From an uncultured Anaeromyxobacteraceae bacterium (GTDB lineage: Bacteria; Myxococcota_A; UBA9042; DTJE01): a stretch of 54,629 nt of DNA. The stretch is taken from assembly GCA_964522105.1 (NCBI GenBank), contig CAZFVA010000009.1:33308-87936 (forward strand), in the 5' to 3' direction. The position numbers and the translations under genes were made by a program. The notes beneath the pieces are model-generated. The model was not told the origin of the DNA, searched no databases, and saw only the letters and a program-made list of their open reading frames with translations. Positions within the stretch are counted from its first letter, which is position 1, and every line of letters begins with the position of its first letter. Of the stretch, positions 47,220-54,629 are shown in pieces.

Positions 47220-48344
47220 ATGAACCTTCTGTTGCGTGTCATGTTGGCTGTGGTCGTGATTTTTGCGGTGGCTTGTGGTTCGACCGGCTCGAACAATGAC
47301 ACCGCTGTTGGCAATGATGTCGTCGCTGATGCAGACGTTGCGCTGCCTGACGATGTTGTGTCGCTTGATGTGGCGGATGTGCCGACAGATATGTCTGTTG
47401 GTGATTTGCCGGTTGATGTTGCCGAAGTGTCGGCTGACCTGCCGATTGCAGACGTACCGAACACGGATATTCCTGTTGATGTTCCAGTCGATGTGCCGGT
47501 TGATGTTGCGATTGATACGACTGACACCAATCAGCCTGATATCGTTGATAATACTGCGCCGGTTGTGTATTTCGGGTGGCCGACTGATGGTCGTAACGTT
47601 TCCGGCACTGTGGCCGTCGAAGTGGTAGCCACCGATGCAGGCGGCGTAAATCGCGTCGAAATCAGTGTTAATGGCGAACTGGGGCCGACCCTGGCGACGT
47701 CTCCGTATTTATGGAACTGGGATACTTCGCTGCTTGCTGACGGGTACTATGTGTTGACGGCTACGGCATGGGACGAATCTGACAACAGTAAGTCTGTTGA
47801 TGTCACAGTGACTGTAGGCGGCCCCATCTGCGGCACCACAGTTTTCTTCGATGTTTCACAGGGTTTTGCGAATATCGCGTCGGGCGTAAATACAGACACG
47901 ATTGCCAGCAATGGATATCTGTTTACATATACGCGCGACAAATTATTTACTGGCGGGGTAGGGATGACCGAGCCGATCGGTCGCACGGTTCGCGTGCCGT
48001 GGCCCCAGGGGATCGAGGCTCAGGCAATCACAGTCGGCCCGAATATGGGTGGTTCTAATATCACGATCGAGCGCGTGGATGGCGGCCTTTTCGATATGAC
48101 AACGTTCAGTTACAAGTTGTTGGCAAACACTTCGCCGCCAGGCGCTCAGGTCGAGATTATGCCAATCCTGGACGGGGAAGATGCGTTCAACGACCCGGCC
48201 TTTTTTGATGCTACCGGTATGTACGGCATCTCATTTGCCTATGATGAAACTGACACGGCGGTGTTAAGAGGCTTTGAAAAGTACAAGGTTGATCTGTGGG
48301 TTGATTTCGCTTTTACTGCAATTACATTGACCTGCCAGCCGTAA
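47220..48344 (+). CDS. Lipoprotein with a DVP-rich linker, a Big_7-type Ig domain and an unknown C-terminal beta domain
   Basis: Lipobox AVAC; DNTAPVV...VSGTV...ATD..GV..VE...PY.W.WDT...DG.Y.LTATAWD..N. Confidence 0.72.
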   Translation: MNLLLRVMLAVVVIFAVACGSTGSNNDTAVGNDVVADADVALPDDVVSLDVADVPTDMSVGDLPVDVAEVSADLPIADVPNTDIPVDVPVDVPVDVAIDTTDTNQPDIVDNTAPVVYFGWPTDGRNVSGTVAVEVVATDAGGVNRVEISVNGELGPTLATSPYLWNWDTSLLADGYYVLTATAWDESDNSKSVDVTVTVGGPICGTTVFFDVSQGFANIASGVNTDTIASNGYLFTYTRDKLFTGGVGMTEPIGRTVRVPWPQGIEAQAITVGPNMGGSNITIERVDGGLFDMTTFSYKLLANTSPPGAQVEIMPILDGEDAFNDPAFFDATGMYGISFAYDETDTAVLRGFEKYKVDLWVDFAFTAITLTCQP

Positions 48345-48466
48345 CCGCCAGTGTCCTACAGTAGTTGGCCTCCCGATGCGATCTCCATAAACATCCATTG
48401 CTGACGCAGTGTTATGACTATTAACAAGTCTTGTGCGCCCGGTTTTAGTTATACTCATGGGGTTAT

Positions 48467-48871
48467 ATGGTGGGGCTGAACAGGGCAGGGCAGAAGTTGA
48501 GCATTGAAGTAGAGGCGACATCACATCCCAGATATTCGACTGACCGTGACGTTCTGGAAACGGAATGTACCGTCGAATTTGTGAAGGCAAGTGGTCCTGG
48601 CGGGCAGCATCGTAATAAGCGTGAAACCGGCGTGCGTCTGGCACATCTGCCTTCGGGCATCGTTGTGATGGCCACCGAGCGCCGTTCGCAGTTGCAGAAC
48701 CTTGAAGTCGCCTTTGAACGCCTGATTATTGTTTTGAAAGCCAGAAATCACGTTCCCCGCACGCGCCGTCCAAGCCGCCCGACGTACGCGTCGGTCCAGC
48801 GCCGCCTTGAATCCAAACGCATCCACTCCAGCCACAAAACCGCCCGCCAGAAGCCGGTCGCTGAATCTTGA
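48467..48871 (+). CDS. GGQ peptidyl-tRNA hydrolase, ArfB/YaeJ-like ribosome rescue factor
   Basis: ASGPGGQHRNK and RSQ.QN motifs with a basic C-terminal tail (RRPSRPT..S..RRLESKR); no codon-recognition domain. Start uncertain. Confidence 0.85.
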   Translation: MVGLNRAGQKLSIEVEATSHPRYSTDRDVLETECTVEFVKASGPGGQHRNKRETGVRLAHLPSGIVVMATERRSQLQNLEVAFERLIIVLKARNHVPRTRRPSRPTYASVQRRLESKRIHSSHKTARQKPVAES

Positions 48872-48896
48872 CGTTAAAACGTTAAATCACTAAAAT
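48868..48896 (+). promoter_or_regulatory. Putative sigma70 promoter and operator of the toxin-antitoxin locus
   Basis: TTGACG-17 bp-TAAAAT; tandem ACGTTAAA x2 at 48871-48886, which also forms the palindrome ACGTT-AA-AACGT. Confidence 0.7.
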
Positions 48897-48921
48897 GTGT
48901 CTGGATGTGGGGGGATTAAAT

Positions 48922-49155
48922 ATGGAACAGGCACTGAAGAGATCAACGATCTATTTTGAACCCGAGACTCACAGGGCACTGCGAATCAAGGCGGCTCTGT
49001 CGGGAAGAACCTTTTCTGAGCTGGTCAACGAGGCCGTTCTGGCGTCGCTCCGGGAAGACCACGAGGATCTGGCCGCGTTTCAGCAGCGCCTTGCCGAGCC
49101 TGTCATGACCTACGAAGCCCTGCTGGATGAGTTGAAAGCAGATGGCAAAATATAA
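48922..49155 (+). CDS. CopG/ribbon-helix-helix antitoxin
   Basis: KRSTIYF....HRALRIKAA....S.LVNEAV....EDHEDL...R..EP...YE.L..L..DGKI; lies directly upstream of a relE remnant. Confidence 0.85.
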   Translation: MEQALKRSTIYFEPETHRALRIKAALSGRTFSELVNEAVLASLREDHEDLAAFQQRLAEPVMTYEALLDELKADGKI

Positions 49156-49241
49156 TGTACCGCATCCTTTATGAAATTCAGGATGACGTCTTGATAATTA
49201 CAGTCGTTAAAGTCGCCCACCGCAAAGAAGTCTACAGATAG
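49142..49241 (+). pseudogene. relE: RelE/ParE toxin remnant with an internal deletion
   Basis: ATG 49142 gives MAKYNV (RelE-type N-terminus); another frame from 49158 gives YRILYEIQDDVLIITVVKVAHRKEVYR-stop (RelE C-terminus). The middle of the gene is missing. Confidence 0.85.
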
Positions 49242-49266
49242 TCTTGAATTTGATCAGATTCGGGCG

Positions 49267-49989
49267 TTAGAACAAATGCACAGGCCAGTAGTTGGCGGTG
49301 GCTTTGGCCATCAGGGCGGCGTTCGGCTTGTCGTTGCGGCCGATGACGATCGGGTGGGCCGACGCGGAAAGCATCTCGAAGTCGCCCATGGAGTCGCCGA
49401 ACGAAATGTCCGGCAGGCGGCCGAATTTTGCCTGTATTGCAGCGACTTTGCCTGCGTTGCAGATAAGCGGTTCGACCATCGATGCCGTCATCATGCCGTT
49501 TTTAGGCTGGCTGGCCATCGCGATGACCTTGGCGGGATCGAAGTTCATTTTCGGGGCGGCGGCCCGAACTGTCCACTGGTTGGTCGCCGACACGATCCAC
49601 ACGTCAAAACCGAATTCCGCCATACCCTTGACCAGTTTAGCCATCGCTGGACGGTAATTCGGCCACGCCGCCGCTAACTGGACTGACCAGCGGACGATGT
49701 CGGACTCGGGGATTCCGGCCATTAACTGCACGGCCCAGGCGTAACCAAGCGCGCGGTTTTCATCGACACGGGCTTCGTACTCGGCCCAGATGTCGCGGTT
49801 CATGCAATCGAGCCCCGGCAGCAGATTTCCGGCGATCAGCCATCTGAAAAAGGCCTCGCCGATGTCTTCGTTCCACAAAGTCCCGTCTGCGTCAAAACAT
49901 GCGAGTTTGGTACCCGGTTTAGCCATCAGTTCAAGAATCGAATCTTTTACAGGCGTGGAAAACGGCGCAAGCCACTCTGGAGTCGTCAT
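49267..49989 (-). CDS. HAD-superfamily phosphatase (SerB/HAD-IB-like)
   Basis: FDADGTLW, IVSA, GK and FGDSMGDFEML motifs. Confidence 0.85.
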   Translation of the reverse strand: MTTPEWLAPFSTPVKDSILELMAKPGTKLACFDADGTLWNEDIGEAFFRWLIAGNLLPGLDCMNRDIWAEYEARVDENRALGYAWAVQLMAGIPESDIVRWSVQLAAAWPNYRPAMAKLVKGMAEFGFDVWIVSATNQWTVRAAAPKMNFDPAKVIAMASQPKNGMMTASMVEPLICNAGKVAAIQAKFGRLPDISFGDSMGDFEMLSASAHPIVIGRNDKPNAALMAKATANYWPVHLF

Positions 49990-50089
49990 TGAAAGTCACC
50001 TTAACAAACCTGCCGACAATTACGCCGGACCACTCGACGCATGTCAACCTTTTCCTGTAGAATCGCGGCAGCCATATTTCGGGACGGCG

Positions 50090-50908
50090 ATGACTGAAAT
50101 CACAAAGGGTTCTATTGAAAGAATCAAAAATATCAAGGCGTTCGCGTTGGATATGGACGGCACGGTCTATCTTGGTAAGCGCCTGCTGCCCGGGACGCCG
50201 CTGTTTCTGCAGGTCTGCGCCGACCGTAACATCCCGTATGTGTTCCTGACTAACAACTCGTCGAAGTCGTGCGCTGATTATCTGAAGAAATTGCACAGCA
50301 TGGGGATTCCGGCGGACCTGAACCAGGTTATGACATCGGGCGAGTCGGCGATACGCTATCTTCATCGCGAACATGCCGGTCAGAAGGTATATCTGCTGGC
50401 GACGCCGTCGTATGAAAAGGAAGTCCGCGATGCAGGTATCACGCTGGCTGCGGGGCGCGACGATGCCGACCTGGTCGTGCTGGCGTTTGACATGACTCTG
50501 ACGTTTGAAAAGCTGGTTATCCTGTGTGACATAGTGCGCGACGGCAAGCCGTTCATCGCGACCCATCCCGACAACAACTGTCCCGTTGAGGGCGGTTACA
50601 TTCCGGACGTCGGCGCGATGCTGGCGCTGGTCAAGACGTCAACGGGGCGCGACCCGGACTTCGTCGTCGGCAAGCCGAGCCGCCTGATGGTCACGGCGTT
50701 GTGCGAAAAGTTGGGCCTGGAACCGCAGGACATCGCGTACTGTGGCGACCGCCTGTACACCGACATCCGCATGGCAGTTGACTCCGGCATGGTTGCGACG
50801 CTGGTGCTGTCCGGTGAAACTTCAATGGCCGACGTCGCCGCATCTGCCCTGAAGCCCGACATCATCTTCAATGACCTTGGCGAGATTGGCCGGTTGGTGG
50901 CGGGGTAG
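50090..50908 (+). CDS. HAD-IIA (NagD-like) phosphatase
   Basis: LDMDGT, FLTNNS, ATHPD, GKP, GDRLYTDI and VLSGE motifs. Start re-called at ATG 50090. Confidence 0.92.
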   Translation: MTEITKGSIERIKNIKAFALDMDGTVYLGKRLLPGTPLFLQVCADRNIPYVFLTNNSSKSCADYLKKLHSMGIPADLNQVMTSGESAIRYLHREHAGQKVYLLATPSYEKEVRDAGITLAAGRDDADLVVLAFDMTLTFEKLVILCDIVRDGKPFIATHPDNNCPVEGGYIPDVGAMLALVKTSTGRDPDFVVGKPSRLMVTALCEKLGLEPQDIAYCGDRLYTDIRMAVDSGMVATLVLSGETSMADVAASALKPDIIFNDLGEIGRLVAG

Positions 50909-50917
50909 GGTACCTGC

Positions 50918-53455
50918 TTAACGCCCGCGTAACGTCATGGAAATCTTCAGAATATCGGACAGGACGCCTGCTGCGGTTACGACGCCGCCGGCACCGGCAC
51001 CCTGGACTATCAGCGGGTATTTCTGGTAGCGGTCGGTTGTGAAGGCCACGAAGGCCTCGGTTCCGCGCAGGCGGGCGGCCGGGTGGTCCATTGTGATGGT
51101 GATCGGGCCGACTGACACGATCGGGTCGTCGGAGGTTCCGGCGGCACCCGGGTTCACGCGGGCCAGATAGCGAAGGACTTCGCCGCGCGACTTGATGGCG
51201 TCCATGCGTGCTGCCATCGTGGTGTCGTAACCTTTCAGACTTTCAAAGAAATCTTCGGGCGACATCGGTTTCATCAGTTCTGGCGGCAGCAGTGGTTCGA
51301 CCTTTACGTCGGACATTTCCACCTGCAGGCCAAGTTCGCGGGTCAGGATAAGCGCCTTGCGGGCCACGTCCATGCCGCCGAGGTCGTCCTGCGGGTTCGG
51401 CTCGGTGTAACCAAGTTCGCGGGCCGTGCGGGTCGCTTTGGAAAGGGCGACGCCGGCCATCAGTTCGTTCGTGATGTACCCGATTGTGCCTGAAAAAGAC
51501 CCTTCAATAAGGCGGACGTGGTCGCCGGTGCGGACCAGATTCTTCAGTGTTTCAATAACCGGCAGACTGGCCCCGACCGTCGTCGAGTACGCGTAAACGC
51601 GATGGTGCTGACGGGCGGCCGCAAACATTTCAGCACGCGCCAACTTCTTGATAGTTAAAGGCTTTTTGTTGGCCGCAACGACGTGGATGCCGCGTTCAAA
51701 AGCCATGGCGTACAGTGCTTCCATGCCGTCAAGGCCTGTGACGTCCACCAGAATCGGGACTGGAAGGCGACGAAGTTGGTCAAGGTAGTCGGTGACCGTG
51801 TTGCTGCCCGCTGCGGCGCCAAGTTCCGCTTCCCAGTTGCCAACGTCGATGCCGGTTTCGTTGTACAGGACGCCGTGGCTGTCCTGCAGGCCGACGACTT
51901 TCAGCAGGACGTCGTGTTCTTCTTCAAGTCTGGCGCGTTCGTCGCGGATCTGCTGCAGCAGGTTGCCGCCGACGCTGCCTTTGCCAAGGATGAACAGCGA
52001 CACTTCCTGATGGGCGAAGTTGAACGTAGCGTGGACGGTGCGGACCGCGACCTGTGTGTCGGCCGCGTCAATGACGCATGAAATCGACCGCGAACTTGCG
52101 CCCTGGGCGCTTGCGCGAATCGGGATGCCGACCGTTCCAAGTGCATTGAAGAAGCGCCCGGCCACGTTGGTCGTGCGGCCCATTGCTTCGCACACAAGGG
52201 TAAGTAACGTAACGGGTTCCACAATTTTGACCGGCTCGATTTCGCCGCGCTGCAATTCCAGAACAAATTCTTCGCTGATGGCCTGGCTTGCGCGCTGCGA
52301 GTCCGACTGCCGCAGCACCGCTGCGACGGCCTGACCGTGGGCGCTCAGTGTGGACATCCAGACCGTGATTCCAGCCTTTTCAATTGCGCTCAGCACTCGG
52401 ACCGCCACCTGGGCCCGCATCGCGATACGGCGCACCTGGACGCTCAGCATGGCCAGGTTTTCCATTGACGTGACCGACGTGGCCGCAGATTCGTCCTGCG
52501 ACCCATCGGCATCAATCAATGTACCCGGTTCTTCCGGGTGCATCGTGTTGCGAATCCGCATCGGGATATTGTCTTCAATCAGCGGAATCATCGTGCGCGG
52601 GTGAAACAGCGTCGCCCCGAAGTCAACCATTTCAAGGGCTTCCATGTAGCTCATACGCGCCAGCGGGTAGGCATCGGCCACGATGCCCGGGTCGGCCGTC
52701 ATGACGCCCGACACGTCGGTCCAGATGACGACTTCAGAAGCCTTCAGGCCACGGGCCAGCAGGGTGGCCGTGTAATCAGACCCGTTGCGCCCGAGCGTCG
52801 TCGTTCGGCCATCGGTAGTCTGCCCAAGAAATCCGGTAGTTACAGGGATTTTGCCCGCCCAGTCCGTTGCCAGTTCGGCGATGCGCTGCCGCGTCGCGGT
52901 CTGGTCAACAACCGCAGCCCCAAAGTGGTCGTCCGTAACTGTCCATGTTCTTGAATCCACAAACACAGCAGGCAGCCCGGCGCCGGTCAGCAACTGCGCC
53001 AGCACCGATGCGCTGAGCCGTTCGCCGAACGACAGCACCAGGTCAAGCGTCTGCGGCGTCTGCTCGTGCAGCAGGCTGATGGCATACAGAAGCTGCCGCA
53101 ACTGGGCCAGCATTTCGCGGATAAGCGGCGTGATGGTCTGCTTTGCCCCGGAAGTCCCGTGGGCGGCCTGAATCTTCTGCAGCACCAGCAGCCCGTTGGA
53201 AGTCGTTAAATCCATTACCTGATCGACGATTTCTTCGGCCCCGGCAAGGTCGCCCTGTGCGGCCAGGATCGATGCGTCAATCAGTCGGTCTGTGGTGTGC
53301 TGCATCGCTGAAACGACGATAGCCGTCGGGCCCTCGGCGAACGCTTTGCCAATGATTTCAGTGACCTGCAGGATACGGTCAGGCGACCCCATCGACGTGC
53401 CGCCGAATTTCAGGATGTGATAGTTTCTGGATTCACCCTGTATGATCTTTTTCAT
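50918..53455 (-). CDS. thrA: Bifunctional aspartokinase / homoserine dehydrogenase (ThrA/MetL type)
   Basis: KFGGTS, TTLGRNGSDYTA, WTDVSG, ACT domains, GKGSVGG, ANKK, TVGASLP and GYTEP.P.DDL.G.DVARK motifs. The metX context suggests a MetL-like role. Confidence 0.92.
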   Translation of the reverse strand: MKKIIQGESRNYHILKFGGTSMGSPDRILQVTEIIGKAFAEGPTAIVVSAMQHTTDRLIDASILAAQGDLAGAEEIVDQVMDLTTSNGLLVLQKIQAAHGTSGAKQTITPLIREMLAQLRQLLYAISLLHEQTPQTLDLVLSFGERLSASVLAQLLTGAGLPAVFVDSRTWTVTDDHFGAAVVDQTATRQRIAELATDWAGKIPVTTGFLGQTTDGRTTTLGRNGSDYTATLLARGLKASEVVIWTDVSGVMTADPGIVADAYPLARMSYMEALEMVDFGATLFHPRTMIPLIEDNIPMRIRNTMHPEEPGTLIDADGSQDESAATSVTSMENLAMLSVQVRRIAMRAQVAVRVLSAIEKAGITVWMSTLSAHGQAVAAVLRQSDSQRASQAISEEFVLELQRGEIEPVKIVEPVTLLTLVCEAMGRTTNVAGRFFNALGTVGIPIRASAQGASSRSISCVIDAADTQVAVRTVHATFNFAHQEVSLFILGKGSVGGNLLQQIRDERARLEEEHDVLLKVVGLQDSHGVLYNETGIDVGNWEAELGAAAGSNTVTDYLDQLRRLPVPILVDVTGLDGMEALYAMAFERGIHVVAANKKPLTIKKLARAEMFAAARQHHRVYAYSTTVGASLPVIETLKNLVRTGDHVRLIEGSFSGTIGYITNELMAGVALSKATRTARELGYTEPNPQDDLGGMDVARKALILTRELGLQVEMSDVKVEPLLPPELMKPMSPEDFFESLKGYDTTMAARMDAIKSRGEVLRYLARVNPGAAGTSDDPIVSVGPITITMDHPAARLRGTEAFVAFTTDRYQKYPLIVQGAGAGGVVTAAGVLSDILKISMTLRGR

Positions 53456-53457
53456 GG

Positions 53458-54558
53458 TTAATTGTCCTTAATAGCGGCCCGAAAATCCCTGATGACTGCC
53501 ACCAGTTCGTCAATTTCAATCAAAAACGCGTCGTGGCCATGTATAGAATGCATGTTGGCAAGCGTTGCATTCGCTATCAATTCTGCCAGTTCCAGTTGAT
53601 CTGCCTGCGGGTACAGGACGTCCGAGTCGTAGGACACGACAAGCGTCGGTTGGTTGATGCCAGCCAGCACGTCCACGTATTCGCCGCGCCCACGGGCCAG
53701 GTCATGACTGTCCATTGCACGGGTCAGAACCATGTATGTGTTGGCGTCAAAGCGGTCAACAAGCTTGTCGCCCTGATAGCGGAGGTAACTTTCAACGGCG
53801 AAAGTGGGCGTTTCGTTCTGCAGCATCCTTCCGAATTTCGCGTTGAAACTTGGTGCGCTGCGGTACATGCACATCGCCATCATTCGGGCGGCGCCAAGTC
53901 CCGCGCGGGGCGGCAGGGCACGGTCATAGCGTCCACCAAGCCAGGCCGGGTCAGCCTGTATTGCCGATCGCTGAGCTTCGGACAGTCCGATGCACCATGC
54001 CGAATGTCTGCCACAGGCTGCTATTGAAACGACGGCGTCCACAAATTTGCGGCCCATCACCGCCCACTCAAGCGCAAGCATGCCGCCAAGTGAACCGCCG
54101 ATGACCAGTCGGACCTTCTTGACGCCCAACTGGCTTACAAGCGCCATCTGTGACGTCACCATGTCGCGGATCGTCAGTGCCGGGAAGTCCGGGCCGTACA
54201 TGCGGCCAGTCGCCGGGTTGATGCTTGAAGGCCCGGTCGTCCCATAACATCCGCCTGGCAGGTTTGCGCATACAATGAAGTCGCTGCCTGGATCAACAGC
54301 GCGCCCCGGTCCCATCAAGCCGTTCCACCAGTCGTCGGCGTCGGCGGAACCTGTCAGCGCGTGACAAATTACTACAGCGTTGTCGCAGGCTGCGCTCAGC
54401 GTTCCCCACGTCCTGTAGGCCACCGTAAGTTCGGGTAGAACGGCTCCGCTTTCCAGCGTCAGACCGCCCGTAATATCAGCGAATTTTGTGGCGTCGGAAA
54501 CGGGGGCGGCCAGATGTCCGACGCGACCCGGCCCCGCGACAAATTTATCACCGGTCAT
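53458..54558 (-). CDS. metX: Homoserine O-acetyltransferase (MetX family)
   Basis: CHALTG, GCYGTTGP, TIRD.V, IGGSLGGM, RFDANTY and HGHDAFL motifs. Confidence 0.95.
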   Translation of the reverse strand: MTGDKFVAGPGRVGHLAAPVSDATKFADITGGLTLESGAVLPELTVAYRTWGTLSAACDNAVVICHALTGSADADDWWNGLMGPGRAVDPGSDFIVCANLPGGCYGTTGPSSINPATGRMYGPDFPALTIRDMVTSQMALVSQLGVKKVRLVIGGSLGGMLALEWAVMGRKFVDAVVSIAACGRHSAWCIGLSEAQRSAIQADPAWLGGRYDRALPPRAGLGAARMMAMCMYRSAPSFNAKFGRMLQNETPTFAVESYLRYQGDKLVDRFDANTYMVLTRAMDSHDLARGRGEYVDVLAGINQPTLVVSYDSDVLYPQADQLELAELIANATLANMHSIHGHDAFLIEIDELVAVIRDFRAAIKDN

Positions 54559-54629
54559 CTACCTTCCCCCTTTAACTGCCGGTTTCGCAACCGTCGCCCG
54601 CCCCACAGTCGCGCGCGCCACGCAGTCAA
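54559..54629 (-). CDS. Probable 3' end of an upstream gene (possibly metY, by context only)
   Basis: Open frame DCVARATVGRATVAKPAVKGGR-TAG whose stop directly abuts the metX ATG; too short to identify. Confidence 0.3.
   Translation of the reverse strand, partial: DCVARATVGRATVAKPAVKGGR

Noticed and set aside
47320-47530. Short GTTGATGT-like repeats as a possible CRISPR array or DNA repeat element
   Set aside because: They are in-frame codons of a D-V-P linker; no repeat-spacer periodicity and no cas genes.
48467-48871. PrfH or truncated release factor pseudogene
   Set aside because: No adjacent rtcB; the intact GGQ plus basic tail fits an ArfB-like protein.

Overview
Chromosomal window from what looks like a Myxococcota/deltaproteobacterial genome (inferred from gene content). 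Housekeeping genes are a partial NodU/CmcH carbamoyltransferase missed by the ORF track, a rhomboid protease, skp, panB-panC-tkt, tadA plus two tRNA-Ser, a MEMO1-family gene, hutU, a THUMP methyltransferase, an OPA-family MFS transporter, an ArfB-like factor, two HAD phosphatases, aspartokinase-homoserine dehydrogenase and metX. These are interleaved with a large set of cell-surface genes: eight predicted lipoproteins (four with tandem ASH/choice-of-anchor-D Ig-like repeats, one ending in a MIDAS vWA domain, two paralogues ending in a YfaP/DUF2135-like domain, two very Cys-rich), an AgmX/GltJ-like protein, a 3586-aa AgmK/GltI-like helical-repeat protein and two TMTC-like GT-C/TPR glycosyltransferases. 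The best candidates for undescribed biology are (1) this Ig/vWA lipoprotein + giant TPR + TMTC assemblage, (2) a ~255-nt, ~72% GC multi-helix intergenic RNA candidate at 1449-1704, (3) a catalytically degenerate acyl-CoA ligase, and (4) a relE toxin gene with an internal deletion behind an intact antitoxin. No CRISPR array, rRNA, transposase or integrase was seen. All family calls come from motif recognition by eye; no database searches were run.
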